Shown one piece after another: positions 29,085 to 37,792 of a stretch of 42,042 bases of DNA. Location: sequence record SRR31156797_5420; one strand, written 5' to 3'. A program made the translations under genes and the position numbers. The notes under the pieces were generated by a model that saw nothing but the letters and a program-made list of their open reading frames with translations, did no database searches and had not been told where the DNA came from. How positions within the stretch are numbered: position 1 is the stretch's first letter; each line of letters opens with the position of its first letter.

Positions 29085-29333
29085 TTATGCGTTACAGCCG
29101 TCCAGATTGAAACCCATTTCCGTGGCCATATATTTCAAAGGGCGAATGTCGTGTGTTACCTTCATGATTTCCAGCAGGGTTTCTGCGCCCAGTTTGGCAC
29201 TGACATCGAAGGGGTTAATCTCACGCATGAGTGTGGAGTAAGGCTTGTTGATTTTTTTAGCCACAACTTTGGCTTGAATACCGCTGTCGAGGATGCAGTC
29301 CTGAACCACCTTGGTCACGTTCTTGTCAAACAT
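29085..29333 (-). CDS. Phage regulatory CII-like (CP76-type) HTH protein, copy B
   Basis: MFDKNVTKVVQD...KPYSTLMREINPFDVSAKLGAETL; start at 29333 after GGGAGG, matching the N-terminus of copy A. Confidence 0.75.
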   Translation of the reverse strand: MFDKNVTKVVQDCILDSGIQAKVVAKKINKPYSTLMREINPFDVSAKLGAETLLEIMKVTHDIRPLKYMATEMGFNLDGCNA

Positions 29334-29393
29334 ATCGCCCTCCCGCATGTTTTGAATGTTGTTCCTTGTCCCCCTGATCGATGAAATTATATA

Positions 29394-29409
29394 AGCAATG
29401 GCTATGCCA
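29394..29409 (-). promoter_or_regulatory. Sigma-54 (-24/-12) promoter of CII-like copy B
   Basis: Minus strand TGGCATAGCCATTGCT matches TGGCAC-N5-TTGCW with exact GG-N10-GC spacing. Confidence 0.75.
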
Positions 29410-29487
29410 GAAATGTGTTATTTTGATTATATTATATAAATACTAAGGGTTATAAAAAGTCTAAACTTCGATAGATAATCTGGAGAG

Positions 29488-29554
29488 TGTCGCATAAATG
29501 TCGTGATTGCGACATAATGCGACAAGAATGTCGCATTTGTGTCGCTTTGCGACA
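29488..29554. repeat. Array of seven TGTCGCA/TGCGACA heptamers (probable enhancer)
   Basis: TGTCGCA 29488, TGTCGTG 29499, TGCGACA 29508, TGCGACA 29518, TGTCGCA 29529, TGTCGCT 29540, TGCGACA 29548. Confidence 0.7.
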
Positions 29555-29573
29555 GGGTGAGTGTTTGAAACGC

Positions 29574-29604
29574 AAAAAAGAAGGGAGTCGCCGAGGCGAC
29601 TCCC
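29574..29604 (-). terminator. Rho-independent terminator of a minus-strand transcript
   Basis: GGGAGTCGCC/GGCGACTCCC stem followed by TTCTTTTTT on the minus strand. Confidence 0.8.
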
Positions 29605-29705
29605 AATATCTCCCGGTTTATCCGGGTGTCCGAAACGTATCTATCAGGCTTTCAGGTGTGGGTTGCGGTCCATTCCGATGCCCATAGGAGGTGATTCGTT
29701 CGGGA

Positions 29706-29828
29706 CTAAGAGTTTTGGTTGCGATTCCAATCCTGAGACCAGGACTTGAAAGAATCAATGTAGGTCAGCCAGCTTCGGCTTCCAAGAATGATTTCCATGA
29801 TTCTGGATGCAGTAAGGTTGGAAAACAT
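29706..29828 (-). CDS. Putative small protein (40 aa)
   Basis: GGAG RBS then MFSNLTASRIMEIILGSRSWLTYIDSFKSWSQDWNRNQNS; no recognised family. Confidence 0.4.
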   Translation of the reverse strand: MFSNLTASRIMEIILGSRSWLTYIDSFKSWSQDWNRNQNS

Positions 29829-29907
29829 ATTTTTATACTCCGTAATAAACAATTTCGTTCTCAGTAAATCGGACAAAGCCTTTACCGGTATTATGTCAGG
29901 TGTTTTA

Positions 29908-30501
29908 TCAACAGCCATCCTGACTGGGGCTGTTTCTCAGGCTGCGCATCACGTGTTTGATAGTTTCGGCAAAAATGTTTCCAGACTCATAGGGAGTCAG
30001 GAGACTAGTACGGACGGAGCCGACAATGTTGCCGTAGATGATCAACGCAGTTTCCTCGAGAGGAAGATCGCGGATCGATCCGTCTTTAATGCCAAGGGAT
30101 ACACAGCGTTTCAGTTCATCAATAAAGATGCTGAATTTTTCAGCCACTTTTTCGGCATCAAGGCCGGTTTCCATGTGACTGAAAGGGGAACACCGCAGAA
30201 GAATGGAGAAACGATTCCGATGCTCCTCGGTGAAATCGAAATATGCAGTCATGTACCGCTGAATGGCGTCAAGGCCGTCGGTCTCATTCGCCGTGGCTTC
30301 TGTTAGACGAGCCACCAACCTGTCAGCCATGTCAAACCCTGCGGCGAGAAAAAGCTCCTGCTTGCTGCCGAAGTAATGGGAAACCAGTCCGAAAGAGACA
30401 TCAGCACGATTCGCTACGTCTTTGACGGTGGCGCCGGTAAATCCCAGTTGAGCAAAGGCTTCCTGGGCGGCTTTGAGTATGGCTTCCTTCTTGGACATCA
30501 T
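29908..30501 (-). CDS. TetR/AcrR family transcriptional regulator
   Basis: ILKAAQEAFAQLGFTGATVKDVANRADVSFGLVSHYFGSKQEL HTH. Confidence 0.93.
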   Translation of the reverse strand: MMSKKEAILKAAQEAFAQLGFTGATVKDVANRADVSFGLVSHYFGSKQELFLAAGFDMADRLVARLTEATANETDGLDAIQRYMTAYFDFTEEHRNRFSILLRCSPFSHMETGLDAEKVAEKFSIFIDELKRCVSLGIKDGSIRDLPLEETALIIYGNIVGSVRTSLLTPYESGNIFAETIKHVMRSLRNSPSQDGC

Positions 30502-30511
30502 TTATTTCTCT

Positions 30512-30575
30512 CTATCGATTGATTGTGCAATCAGCTTGTGAAAAAGCTATAGATTGATTGTGCAATCAATGTCAA
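30512..30575 (-). promoter_or_regulatory. Two palindromic operators and sigma-70 promoter of the TetR gene
   Basis: CTAT(C/A)GATTGATTGTGCAATCA at 30512 and 30547; core ATTGATTG-TG-CAATCAAT; TTGACA at 30575-30570 on the minus strand. Confidence 0.7.
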
Positions 30576-30652
30576 GCGGATTTCATTATAATTTTGAAGC
30601 AGGAATTGAGTGTGGGATGGGGGATGGCTGAAAGAGCTTGTTATTATAAGAG

Positions 30653-30677
30653 AAAAGCCCCGATGTCGGGGCTTTTT
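30653..30677 (-). terminator. Terminator after glnS
   Basis: AAAAGCCCCGA/TCGGGGCTTTT inverted repeat. Confidence 0.75.
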
Positions 30678-30741
30678 ATACTGTGTAATACGGAATTTTT
30701 CCGTATTTTTTAAAGGGGCACGTATACTTTTTAAGTTACGA

Positions 30742-32517
30742 TTATTTTCCCATCTGTTTTTGGATTTTGGCCCAGGAATCGCGCAAGGTGGCGGTTCGGT
30801 TGAAGACCAGTTTTTCACCGGGTTTGTGGTCCTTGGCGTCAGAGCAGAAGTACCCAGTGCGTTCGAACTGGAAGTTCGTGCCCGGTTGCATTTCAGCCAA
30901 AGCTGGTTCCACATAACACTCACTCAGAATCTCAAGTGAATCCGGGTCAACGTAATCAACGAAAGTTTTGCCTTCTTCCGGTGCATTCGGATTTTCTATG
31001 CTGAACAGGTTGGAGTAGTTGCGTACCTCGGCTTTGATGCCTTTGGTAGCAGAAACCCAGTGCATTGTTCCCTTGACCTTGCGGCCTCCTTCCAACCATC
31101 CACCTTTGGTTTCGGGGTCGTAGGTGGCGCGGATTTCCGTGACATTGCCGTCTGCATCGGTGTCGTATCCTGTGCACAGGACGTAATAGGCTCCACGGAG
31201 ACGAACTTCACGATCCGGGCCCATGCGGAAGAATTTCTTCGGCGGGTCTTCCATGAAGTCGGCACGTTCAATCCACAATTCTTTGGTGAAAGGAACTTTT
31301 CGTTTCCCGTAGGATTCGTATTCCGGGTGGAGCGCTATTTCAAATTCGTCCACCTGATCTTCGGGATAATTTTCAATGACAAGTTTGACCGGATCGACAA
31401 CGCCCATATAGCGGGCTGCACGATCGTTCAGATCTTGGCGCAAGCAGTATTCCAGTAGGGCGTATTCTACCGTGGAGTCGGCTTTTGCTACGCCGATGCG
31501 TTCACAGAAGTCACGGATGGATTCCGGGGTGAAGCCGCGTCTGCGAAAACCGGAAATGGTTGGCATACGGGGGTCATCCCATCCAGAGACATGGCCTTCC
31601 TGCACGAGCTGGATGAGTTTGCGCTTGGAGAGCACTGTGCCGGTGATGTTTAAACGGGCAAACTCATACTGCCACGGGCGCTGATTGAATCCGGGCAGGG
31701 CGGCCAGTTCTTCGTAGGTGGCTGCGTTTTCACCGAACAGTTCAGGTTGTTTGAGACCTTCCATGAGGGTATTCACACACCAGTCGTATACCGGACGGTT
31801 GTTTTCGAACTCCAGCGTACAAATGGAGTGGGTGATCCCTTCGATGGCGTCGGACAGACCGTGGGTGAAGTCATACATAGGGTATATACACCACGTGTCA
31901 CCGGTGCGGTGATGGTCGGCTCGCTTGATACGGTACAGGGCTGGGTCGCGGAGCATGATATTTGCCGCACTCATGTCGATCTTGCCACGCAAAATGCATT
32001 CGCCATCCGCCAGTTCGCCTGCCTTCATGGCTCGGAACAGGGAAAGGTTCTCTTCTACGGTGCGATCACGGTATGGGGAATCGGTGCCTGGTTCTTTGAG
32101 GGTGCCTCGGTTCTCGCGAATTTCTTCAGCGGACTGATGGTCTACATATGCCTTGCCCATCTTGATGAACAGTTCGGCGATGAAATAGAGTCTTTCGAAG
32201 TAGTCAGAGGCAAACGGGTTGGCATCCCACTTGAAACCGAGCCATTCCACATCTTCGCGAATGGCATCCACATACTCCGTCTCTTCCTTAGTAGGATTGG
32301 TGTCGTCGAAACGAAGATTGCACTTGCCATCGTAGTCCCGGGCGACACCGAAGTTCAGGCAGATAGACTTGGCGTGACCTATATGCAGGTACCCATTGGG
32401 TTCCGGGGGAAACCTTGTGTGCACCCGGCTTCCGTATTTGCCGGTTTCGTTGTCTTTTTCGATGATCTGACGAATGAAGTCTTTGCCCTTTTCCGGGGCA
32501 TCGGCCTTGGTGCTCAT
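30742..32517 (-). CDS. glnS: Glutamine--tRNA ligase
   Basis: TRFPPEPNGYLHIGHAK, RFDDTNP, HSICTLEF, VLSKRKL, KVKGTMHWVS, FQFERTGYF. Confidence 0.97.
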   Translation of the reverse strand: MSTKADAPEKGKDFIRQIIEKDNETGKYGSRVHTRFPPEPNGYLHIGHAKSICLNFGVARDYDGKCNLRFDDTNPTKEETEYVDAIREDVEWLGFKWDANPFASDYFERLYFIAELFIKMGKAYVDHQSAEEIRENRGTLKEPGTDSPYRDRTVEENLSLFRAMKAGELADGECILRGKIDMSAANIMLRDPALYRIKRADHHRTGDTWCIYPMYDFTHGLSDAIEGITHSICTLEFENNRPVYDWCVNTLMEGLKQPELFGENAATYEELAALPGFNQRPWQYEFARLNITGTVLSKRKLIQLVQEGHVSGWDDPRMPTISGFRRRGFTPESIRDFCERIGVAKADSTVEYALLEYCLRQDLNDRAARYMGVVDPVKLVIENYPEDQVDEFEIALHPEYESYGKRKVPFTKELWIERADFMEDPPKKFFRMGPDREVRLRGAYYVLCTGYDTDADGNVTEIRATYDPETKGGWLEGGRKVKGTMHWVSATKGIKAEVRNYSNLFSIENPNAPEEGKTFVDYVDPDSLEILSECYVEPALAEMQPGTNFQFERTGYFCSDAKDHKPGEKLVFNRTATLRDSWAKIQKQMGK

Positions 32518-32678
32518 GAAAAACCTCGTGGTATAGAGTGATCCGTAGACGGATTATATATCGTATTTGAAACGGAAACGTCAGTGATTATCCTGACGGG
32601 TCAGGAAATACGGGAAATCGGCAGGGCGGTCAACGTGCCGAGAATTGGCCGTAGATTGGTTTTGTAAGGTTCACTGTC

Positions 32679-33455
32679 CTAGTGGGGAGTTTGCAGCTTT
32701 TTGAAGAATGAATTGATGATGTAGTCAAACTTTCCGTTTTCCTTGAGTCGTTTTGTGGCGGCCGTGAGCTCATCGGCAATGAGAGCCAGTCGGGATTTTT
32801 TGGAAATGGCGAAATATACCGGAATGGATTTATCATGGCGGAATGAGGCTTTCCTTACGGAGTTTGCCAGGTTCATTTTTGCAACAAGATAATCGCCGAT
32901 GCTTTCTGTTATAATGAGAGCATCAATTCGGCCTGTCGCAAGCTTTTTGAAGTTGAGTTCGTTGTTGTGGATGATTTGTTTGTTCAATGTGATGTCGTTG
33001 TCGAACCGTTCAAAATACTTGGCACCTCGTTGGACGCCGAGAATTTTTCCGTCGAGATCTTCATAGTTAGCTATATCCATTCCGTCCTTGTGGATGAAGA
33101 AGGCCTTGCTTGATTTTGTTTTGTATGGAGGTTCAAGAAAAGTCATGGTTTTTTCGCGGTCAGATCGTTTGAGAATGCCGCTGATAAGATCAGCCTCACC
33201 ATTTTCAAGCATTTTTATGCCGCGAATCCAGGGGCAGCCGATGAAGCGCGGCGTATATCCGACTTCAAGAAGCAAGGTCCTTGTTAATTCGATATCGATC
33301 CCCTTGAAGTTGTCTTTTTCGATGATTTTCCATGGAGGATAGTGACTCACAACAACAATGACTTCTTTTTTTTCATGAAATGTTTCATCCGCGAAACATG
33401 GCAGTGCTGAAAGGAGAAGAATGCATGTCACAATGCTACACAATAGGAATTTCAT
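32679..33455 (-). CDS. Family-3 periplasmic substrate-binding protein, orphan
   Basis: Signal peptide; YPPW, GIDIE, PWIR, GRIDA, YFAISKKS. Confidence 0.85.
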   Translation of the reverse strand: MKFLLCSIVTCILLLSALPCFADETFHEKKEVIVVVSHYPPWKIIEKDNFKGIDIELTRTLLLEVGYTPRFIGCPWIRGIKMLENGEADLISGILKRSDREKTMTFLEPPYKTKSSKAFFIHKDGMDIANYEDLDGKILGVQRGAKYFERFDNDITLNKQIIHNNELNFKKLATGRIDALIITESIGDYLVAKMNLANSVRKASFRHDKSIPVYFAISKKSRLALIADELTAATKRLKENGKFDYIINSFFKKLQTPH

Positions 33456-33613
33456 AATATTGCATTAACTGAAAAAGAGCCTTTCTGCAAAGGTGTAAGG
33501 TTTTTTTATGCAAGGAATGAGCATAGAGAGTGTGTGTTGACCCTTGTCGTTAGGTTGCGTAATTTAATTGTCTGTACAATTCATTTTCCAAATAAATAGA
33601 TACTGGAGAACCA

Positions 33614-34432
33614 ATGCCTTTGTTCACTATAAATTCTGAGAAATGTATAAAGGACGGACTCTGTGCCGCCGAATGTCCTGCCGGGTGTATTGTCTTTGAA
33701 AATGGGGCATTGCCGGTGCCGCACGAAAAGAAACAGGCATATTGTCTGGAGTGTGGGCATTGTGTTGCAGTGTGTCCTACCAGGGCGATTGTGTTGGAAA
33801 GATTTCCGACGGAAGCTGTGCGGCAGAGAAAGGATCTGCGGATATCTCAGGCGCAAGGCGAACAGTTTCTCAGGGCGCGTCGATCCGTACGCTCTTTCAA
33901 GGAGACCCCTGTGAGCCGGGCAATGCTTACATCCTTGCTTCAGACTGCTGAATACTGTCCATCAGCTCACAATGCCCGACCAACTCGGTGGGCAGTGGCG
34001 GATTCTCCTGAGAAAGTCGCATTGGTCGCCAACTCCGTGGTGGATTGGATGCGGAGAGAGGCAGAAGGGGATACTGCGGTCTCAGGCCGGTTGCATTTAC
34101 CCGGTATTGTTCGTGCGTGGGACAATGGTCTCGATCTTGTTTGTCGGAATGCCCCAGCTCTTGCCGTAGCGTATGGTCCGCAAAAGGGAATTATGCCGCG
34201 TGAGGATGCCGTCATCGCTGTTTCCTATCTGGATTTGGCAGCTTCCTCGGCCGGACTTGGTGGGTGCTGGTGTGGGTATGTGATTGCGGCAGCGATGTAT
34301 GATCAAAAAGTGACCGCCCTCCTTGGCGTGCCGGAAGAGTGTGCTGTGTATGGTGCATTGCTTCTTGGCAGACCGGTCAGAAAATCGTCGTTTGTTCCTC
34401 CAAGGCCAAAGCCTGATGTGAGCTGGCTTTAA
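33614..34432 (+). CDS. Nitroreductase family protein with N-terminal 2x[4Fe-4S] ferredoxin domain
   Basis: CIKDGLCAAECP and CLECGHCVAVCP; RRSVRSF, PSAHN, GLGGCWCG. Confidence 0.9.
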   Translation: MPLFTINSEKCIKDGLCAAECPAGCIVFENGALPVPHEKKQAYCLECGHCVAVCPTRAIVLERFPTEAVRQRKDLRISQAQGEQFLRARRSVRSFKETPVSRAMLTSLLQTAEYCPSAHNARPTRWAVADSPEKVALVANSVVDWMRREAEGDTAVSGRLHLPGIVRAWDNGLDLVCRNAPALAVAYGPQKGIMPREDAVIAVSYLDLAASSAGLGGCWCGYVIAAAMYDQKVTALLGVPEECAVYGALLLGRPVRKSSFVPPRPKPDVSWL

Positions 34433-34485
34433 TCTTTTCGTGGAATTTTGATTGACTGTTCTTTTTACTCTGTAAGGAATCATGC

Positions 34486-35271
34486 ATGCTGCACAATCGT
34501 TCGTTTTTATGGTGTATTGTTGCATTTGTTGCGGTCAATGCAATGGTTGGGATCGCGCATGCCCGTGATATTACCATTGGTATCGGGTTTTCCCTACCTC
34601 CTTATGTGATCAAAGAGGAACATGCAGGTCTGGAGGTTGATATTATTCGTGAGTCGTTTGCAGCAGTCGGTATAAATGCACAATTCATGTATTTACCGAA
34701 ATTGCGACTTCCGGTCGCCTTTGCGGATAATCTCGTTGATTGTGTGGCGGCCAATGCTACATACGATATGACCTCCGAGTCTGGGGTGGAAGCCTTTGAT
34801 TCGGCTGTGACTCTTGCCTACCAAAATTATGCAATGACCATGAAAAGTTCAGGGTTCAACATTCAATCCATTAATGATCTTAATGATAAAATTGTGTTGA
34901 GTTTCAATAATGCAATCAAATACCTTGGTCCTGAATATGCTGCCATGGCTGCCCAAAATGCGCATTATAGTGAATTAGCTGATCAATCATTGCAGGTCCG
35001 TATGTTGTATTCTGGCAGAGCTCAAGTGGTGGTGTCGGACAAACGAATATTTCTCTACTGGCGCAAAAAGTTGCTCAGTGGTCCTGCGTCTGAAGATATT
35101 GACATAAAACAGGATGTTCAATTCTTCTCGATATTTCCCCCCTCTCCACGCAACCTTTCTTTTAAGGATCGTGAACTTTGTGATGCCTTTAATCGTGGAT
35201 TAAGGTCGTTGCATAAAACCGGTGCATATGACGTGATTGTTCAACGGTATGCAGGAATTGAGTTGGATTAG
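34486..35271 (+). CDS. Family-3 periplasmic substrate-binding protein, orphan
   Basis: Signal peptide (AHA); LPPYV, GLEVDII, GRAQVVVSD, FNRGL. Confidence 0.8.
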   Translation: MLHNRSFLWCIVAFVAVNAMVGIAHARDITIGIGFSLPPYVIKEEHAGLEVDIIRESFAAVGINAQFMYLPKLRLPVAFADNLVDCVAANATYDMTSESGVEAFDSAVTLAYQNYAMTMKSSGFNIQSINDLNDKIVLSFNNAIKYLGPEYAAMAAQNAHYSELADQSLQVRMLYSGRAQVVVSDKRIFLYWRKKLLSGPASEDIDIKQDVQFFSIFPPSPRNLSFKDRELCDAFNRGLRSLHKTGAYDVIVQRYAGIELD

Positions 35272-35333
35272 GGGCGGCAAGGTACGTTTTTTTACGAGGA
35301 GAGATTCTCGTTTTTTATTTAGGGAGTTATGGA

Positions 35334-37757
35334 GTGGCAGATTCTCATTTTGCATTTGGGTCCGTGCAGGTGGCGGTGAACTATGACGCCATTAATGCGT
35401 TGTTTGAAAAGGCTCATGCCGAAGGGCGGGACAGTCTCTTTGAGTTTGAAGTGTACGACTTGCTTAAAGAGTCCGGTGCCGAAACGCCACCCGGGTGTAT
35501 GTTGTTGGAGCGAGGTGCCCGACCTGACGATGCTATCTTGTCGAGCCTGACCGGCGACAAGGTTGTCCTCAAAATTGTTTCTCCCACGATAGTACACAAG
35601 ACTGAGGTTGGTGGGGTGCGCGTCGTGGAAAACTCTCCAGATGCCATCCGTTCTGCTTGGCGGCGAATGCTGTATGAGGTCCCGGAAAACTATGCGACTT
35701 TTCTAGAACGTCAGCCTTCGGCAGCTCCTGTTCAATATCAAAGTCTTGAAGGTGAGGCGTTGATACAGGCCGTTGCCCGTGATGTGCGCGGAGTACTTAT
35801 GGTCCAGTTTATGGAACCGGACTCTAAGGAATTCGGGAATGAGTTGATCGTTGGAATTCGAAAGACGCGAGAATTTGGTACTGTTTTAGGTGCGGGGCTT
35901 GGCGGGACTGATACTGAAATTTACGCCGAGCGATTCAGGAAAGGACAGGCTGTCACCTTGTGCTCTACGGCTATGACCAATGGAGAGCAGTTTTTTCAGT
36001 TGTTTAAAAAGACTTTGTCTTACAAAAAACTGGCTGGGTTGACGCGAGGTCAACGCCGTATTGTCACCGATGAGCAGCTTATTGAATGTTTTTCATCGTT
36101 CATCAATATGGCCAATCATTATTCGCCGCAAAATTCGGACGCGCCGTTTCATATAGAGGAATTGGAGATCAATCCATTTGCTTATGCTGATTATCTCATG
36201 GTGCCGCTGGATGGTATGTGTCGCTTTTCCCGCCCCGGTTCGGTTCCGGCTCCGAGGCCAGTGGACAAGATTGCCTCGCTCTTACATCCGAAAACAATTG
36301 GTATCATTGGTGTCTCCGCTTCACGTATGAACTTCGGACGGATTATTCTTAACAATGTGCTCGAAGCCGGGTTTGAAAAGGATGATGTGCGGATTATTCG
36401 TCCGGGCGTAAAGAGCATAGACGGTATACGATGTGTGTCCGATCTCGCTTCTCTTGATCGCAAGCTTGATTTGTTCGTGGTTGCCGTGAATGCACAGCAG
36501 GTTCCGGCATTGGTCGATGAGCTTGTGGAATTAAATGCAGCCAATGGCGTGATGCTCATTCCCGGCGGTATGGGAGAAACCGAAGAGAGCAAGGAACGCG
36601 CCGCCGAAGTGATAGCAAAGATCAACGCGGCCCATGCTCAGGGAACCGGTCCCGTTTTTCTCGGTGGCAATTGCATGGGCGTGGTATCGCGTCCTGGCAA
36701 CTATGATACATGGTTCATCCCGGAAGAAAAGCTGCCTGAATTGAAAGGGTCCCCGCATAGGGCTGCGTTTATTTCCCAGTCGGGTGCATTTATGCTGACT
36801 CGGTTGTCTCAATGTCCTGAGCTCAACCCGTCATATATGATTTCCATGGGGAACCAGACAGATTTGACACTTGGCGACATGGTAGCCCACTTTGCAGACT
36901 CGGATGCCGTGGATGTAATCGCGGTTTATGCCGAAGGTTTTAACGACATGGACGGACTGGCGTTTTGTCGGTCAGTTCGTCGAGCTGTATTGGCAGGAAA
37001 GGACGTTGTCTTTTACAAGGCGGGACGTACTCCTGAGGGAAAATCCGCAACCAGTGGACATACGGCATCATTGGCAGGTGATTATCCCGTCTGTGAATCC
37101 TGTGTGCGTCAGGCCGGGGCTATTGTCGCCCAATCTTTCACTCAATTTGAGAACCTGTTTATGTTGGCGGAACGACTTCACGACAAGGTCATTCGTGGTA
37201 ATCGGCTGGCCGCTATGTCTGGCGCTGGTTTCGAGGCCGTTGGTATGGCTGATTCCATTCAGTCCGACGACTATCGTATGGAGTTGGCCCCGCTTTCAAA
37301 AAAGACCCAAGCGGCTTTGAATGAACTTTTCGTGAAAAATCGACTTGATTCGTTGGTAACAGTGACGAATCCGCTAGATATTACGCCCGGTTCCAATGAT
37401 CAGGTTCATGCTGATGCCATTCGTATTCTGGCTGAAGGCCCGAATGTTGATGCCGTGGTGGCGGGATTGGACCCGATGTCTCCGGTTATGCGGACTTTGG
37501 CTGATCCTGATACTCCGTTGACCATGGACGACGAACGGTCCATTGCTGCTTTATTGGCAGAACTTTTGCCGACACTTGATACGCCGGTTATCGGTGTCGT
37601 TGATGGTGGGCGGCAGTATGATGCGCTTGAAGATCGTCTCAAGGACGTTGGATTGTGTACTTTCCGAACTTCTGATTTGGCGGTGGCCGCGCTTGCTCAG
37701 TATATTGAGGGGCGCTTGAATGCGGAGGGCCTTCGGACTGTGGGGGTGACGGGGTAG
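35334..37757 (+). CDS. ADP-forming acyl-CoA synthetase (acetate--CoA ligase family), ATP-grasp domain N-terminal
   Basis: LKIVSPTIVHKTEVGGV and ELEINP (ATP-grasp); IGVSA, GGNCMG, SQSG, SGHTASLAG (phospho-His), NPLD. Confidence 0.88.
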   Translation: MADSHFAFGSVQVAVNYDAINALFEKAHAEGRDSLFEFEVYDLLKESGAETPPGCMLLERGARPDDAILSSLTGDKVVLKIVSPTIVHKTEVGGVRVVENSPDAIRSAWRRMLYEVPENYATFLERQPSAAPVQYQSLEGEALIQAVARDVRGVLMVQFMEPDSKEFGNELIVGIRKTREFGTVLGAGLGGTDTEIYAERFRKGQAVTLCSTAMTNGEQFFQLFKKTLSYKKLAGLTRGQRRIVTDEQLIECFSSFINMANHYSPQNSDAPFHIEELEINPFAYADYLMVPLDGMCRFSRPGSVPAPRPVDKIASLLHPKTIGIIGVSASRMNFGRIILNNVLEAGFEKDDVRIIRPGVKSIDGIRCVSDLASLDRKLDLFVVAVNAQQVPALVDELVELNAANGVMLIPGGMGETEESKERAAEVIAKINAAHAQGTGPVFLGGNCMGVVSRPGNYDTWFIPEEKLPELKGSPHRAAFISQSGAFMLTRLSQCPELNPSYMISMGNQTDLTLGDMVAHFADSDAVDVIAVYAEGFNDMDGLAFCRSVRRAVLAGKDVVFYKAGRTPEGKSATSGHTASLAGDYPVCESCVRQAGAIVAQSFTQFENLFMLAERLHDKVIRGNRLAAMSGAGFEAVGMADSIQSDDYRMELAPLSKKTQAALNELFVKNRLDSLVTVTNPLDITPGSNDQVHADAIRILAEGPNVDAVVAGLDPMSPVMRTLADPDTPLTMDDERSIAALLAELLPTLDTPVIGVVDGGRQYDALEDRLKDVGLCTFRTSDLAVAALAQYIEGRLNAEGLRTVGVTG

Positions 37758-37792
37758 GCGATTGAGTTTCTTCGAGGAGAAGAAGTAAGGAC

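Noticed and set aside
9040-29333. Prophage suggested by the CI-like and two CII-like genes
   Set aside because: They are scattered among housekeeping genes, with no integrase, replication, structural or lysis genes.
29487-29687. Cys-rich 66-aa ORF (CRDC...CRIC)
   Set aside because: The cysteines arise from translating the TGTCGCA/TGCGACA repeat array, and the frame runs through a terminator.
29685-29695. 16S rRNA 3'-end fragment
   Set aside because: Only the 10-11 nt anti-SD matches, with no other rRNA sequence; no rRNA or tRNA genes were recognised in the window.
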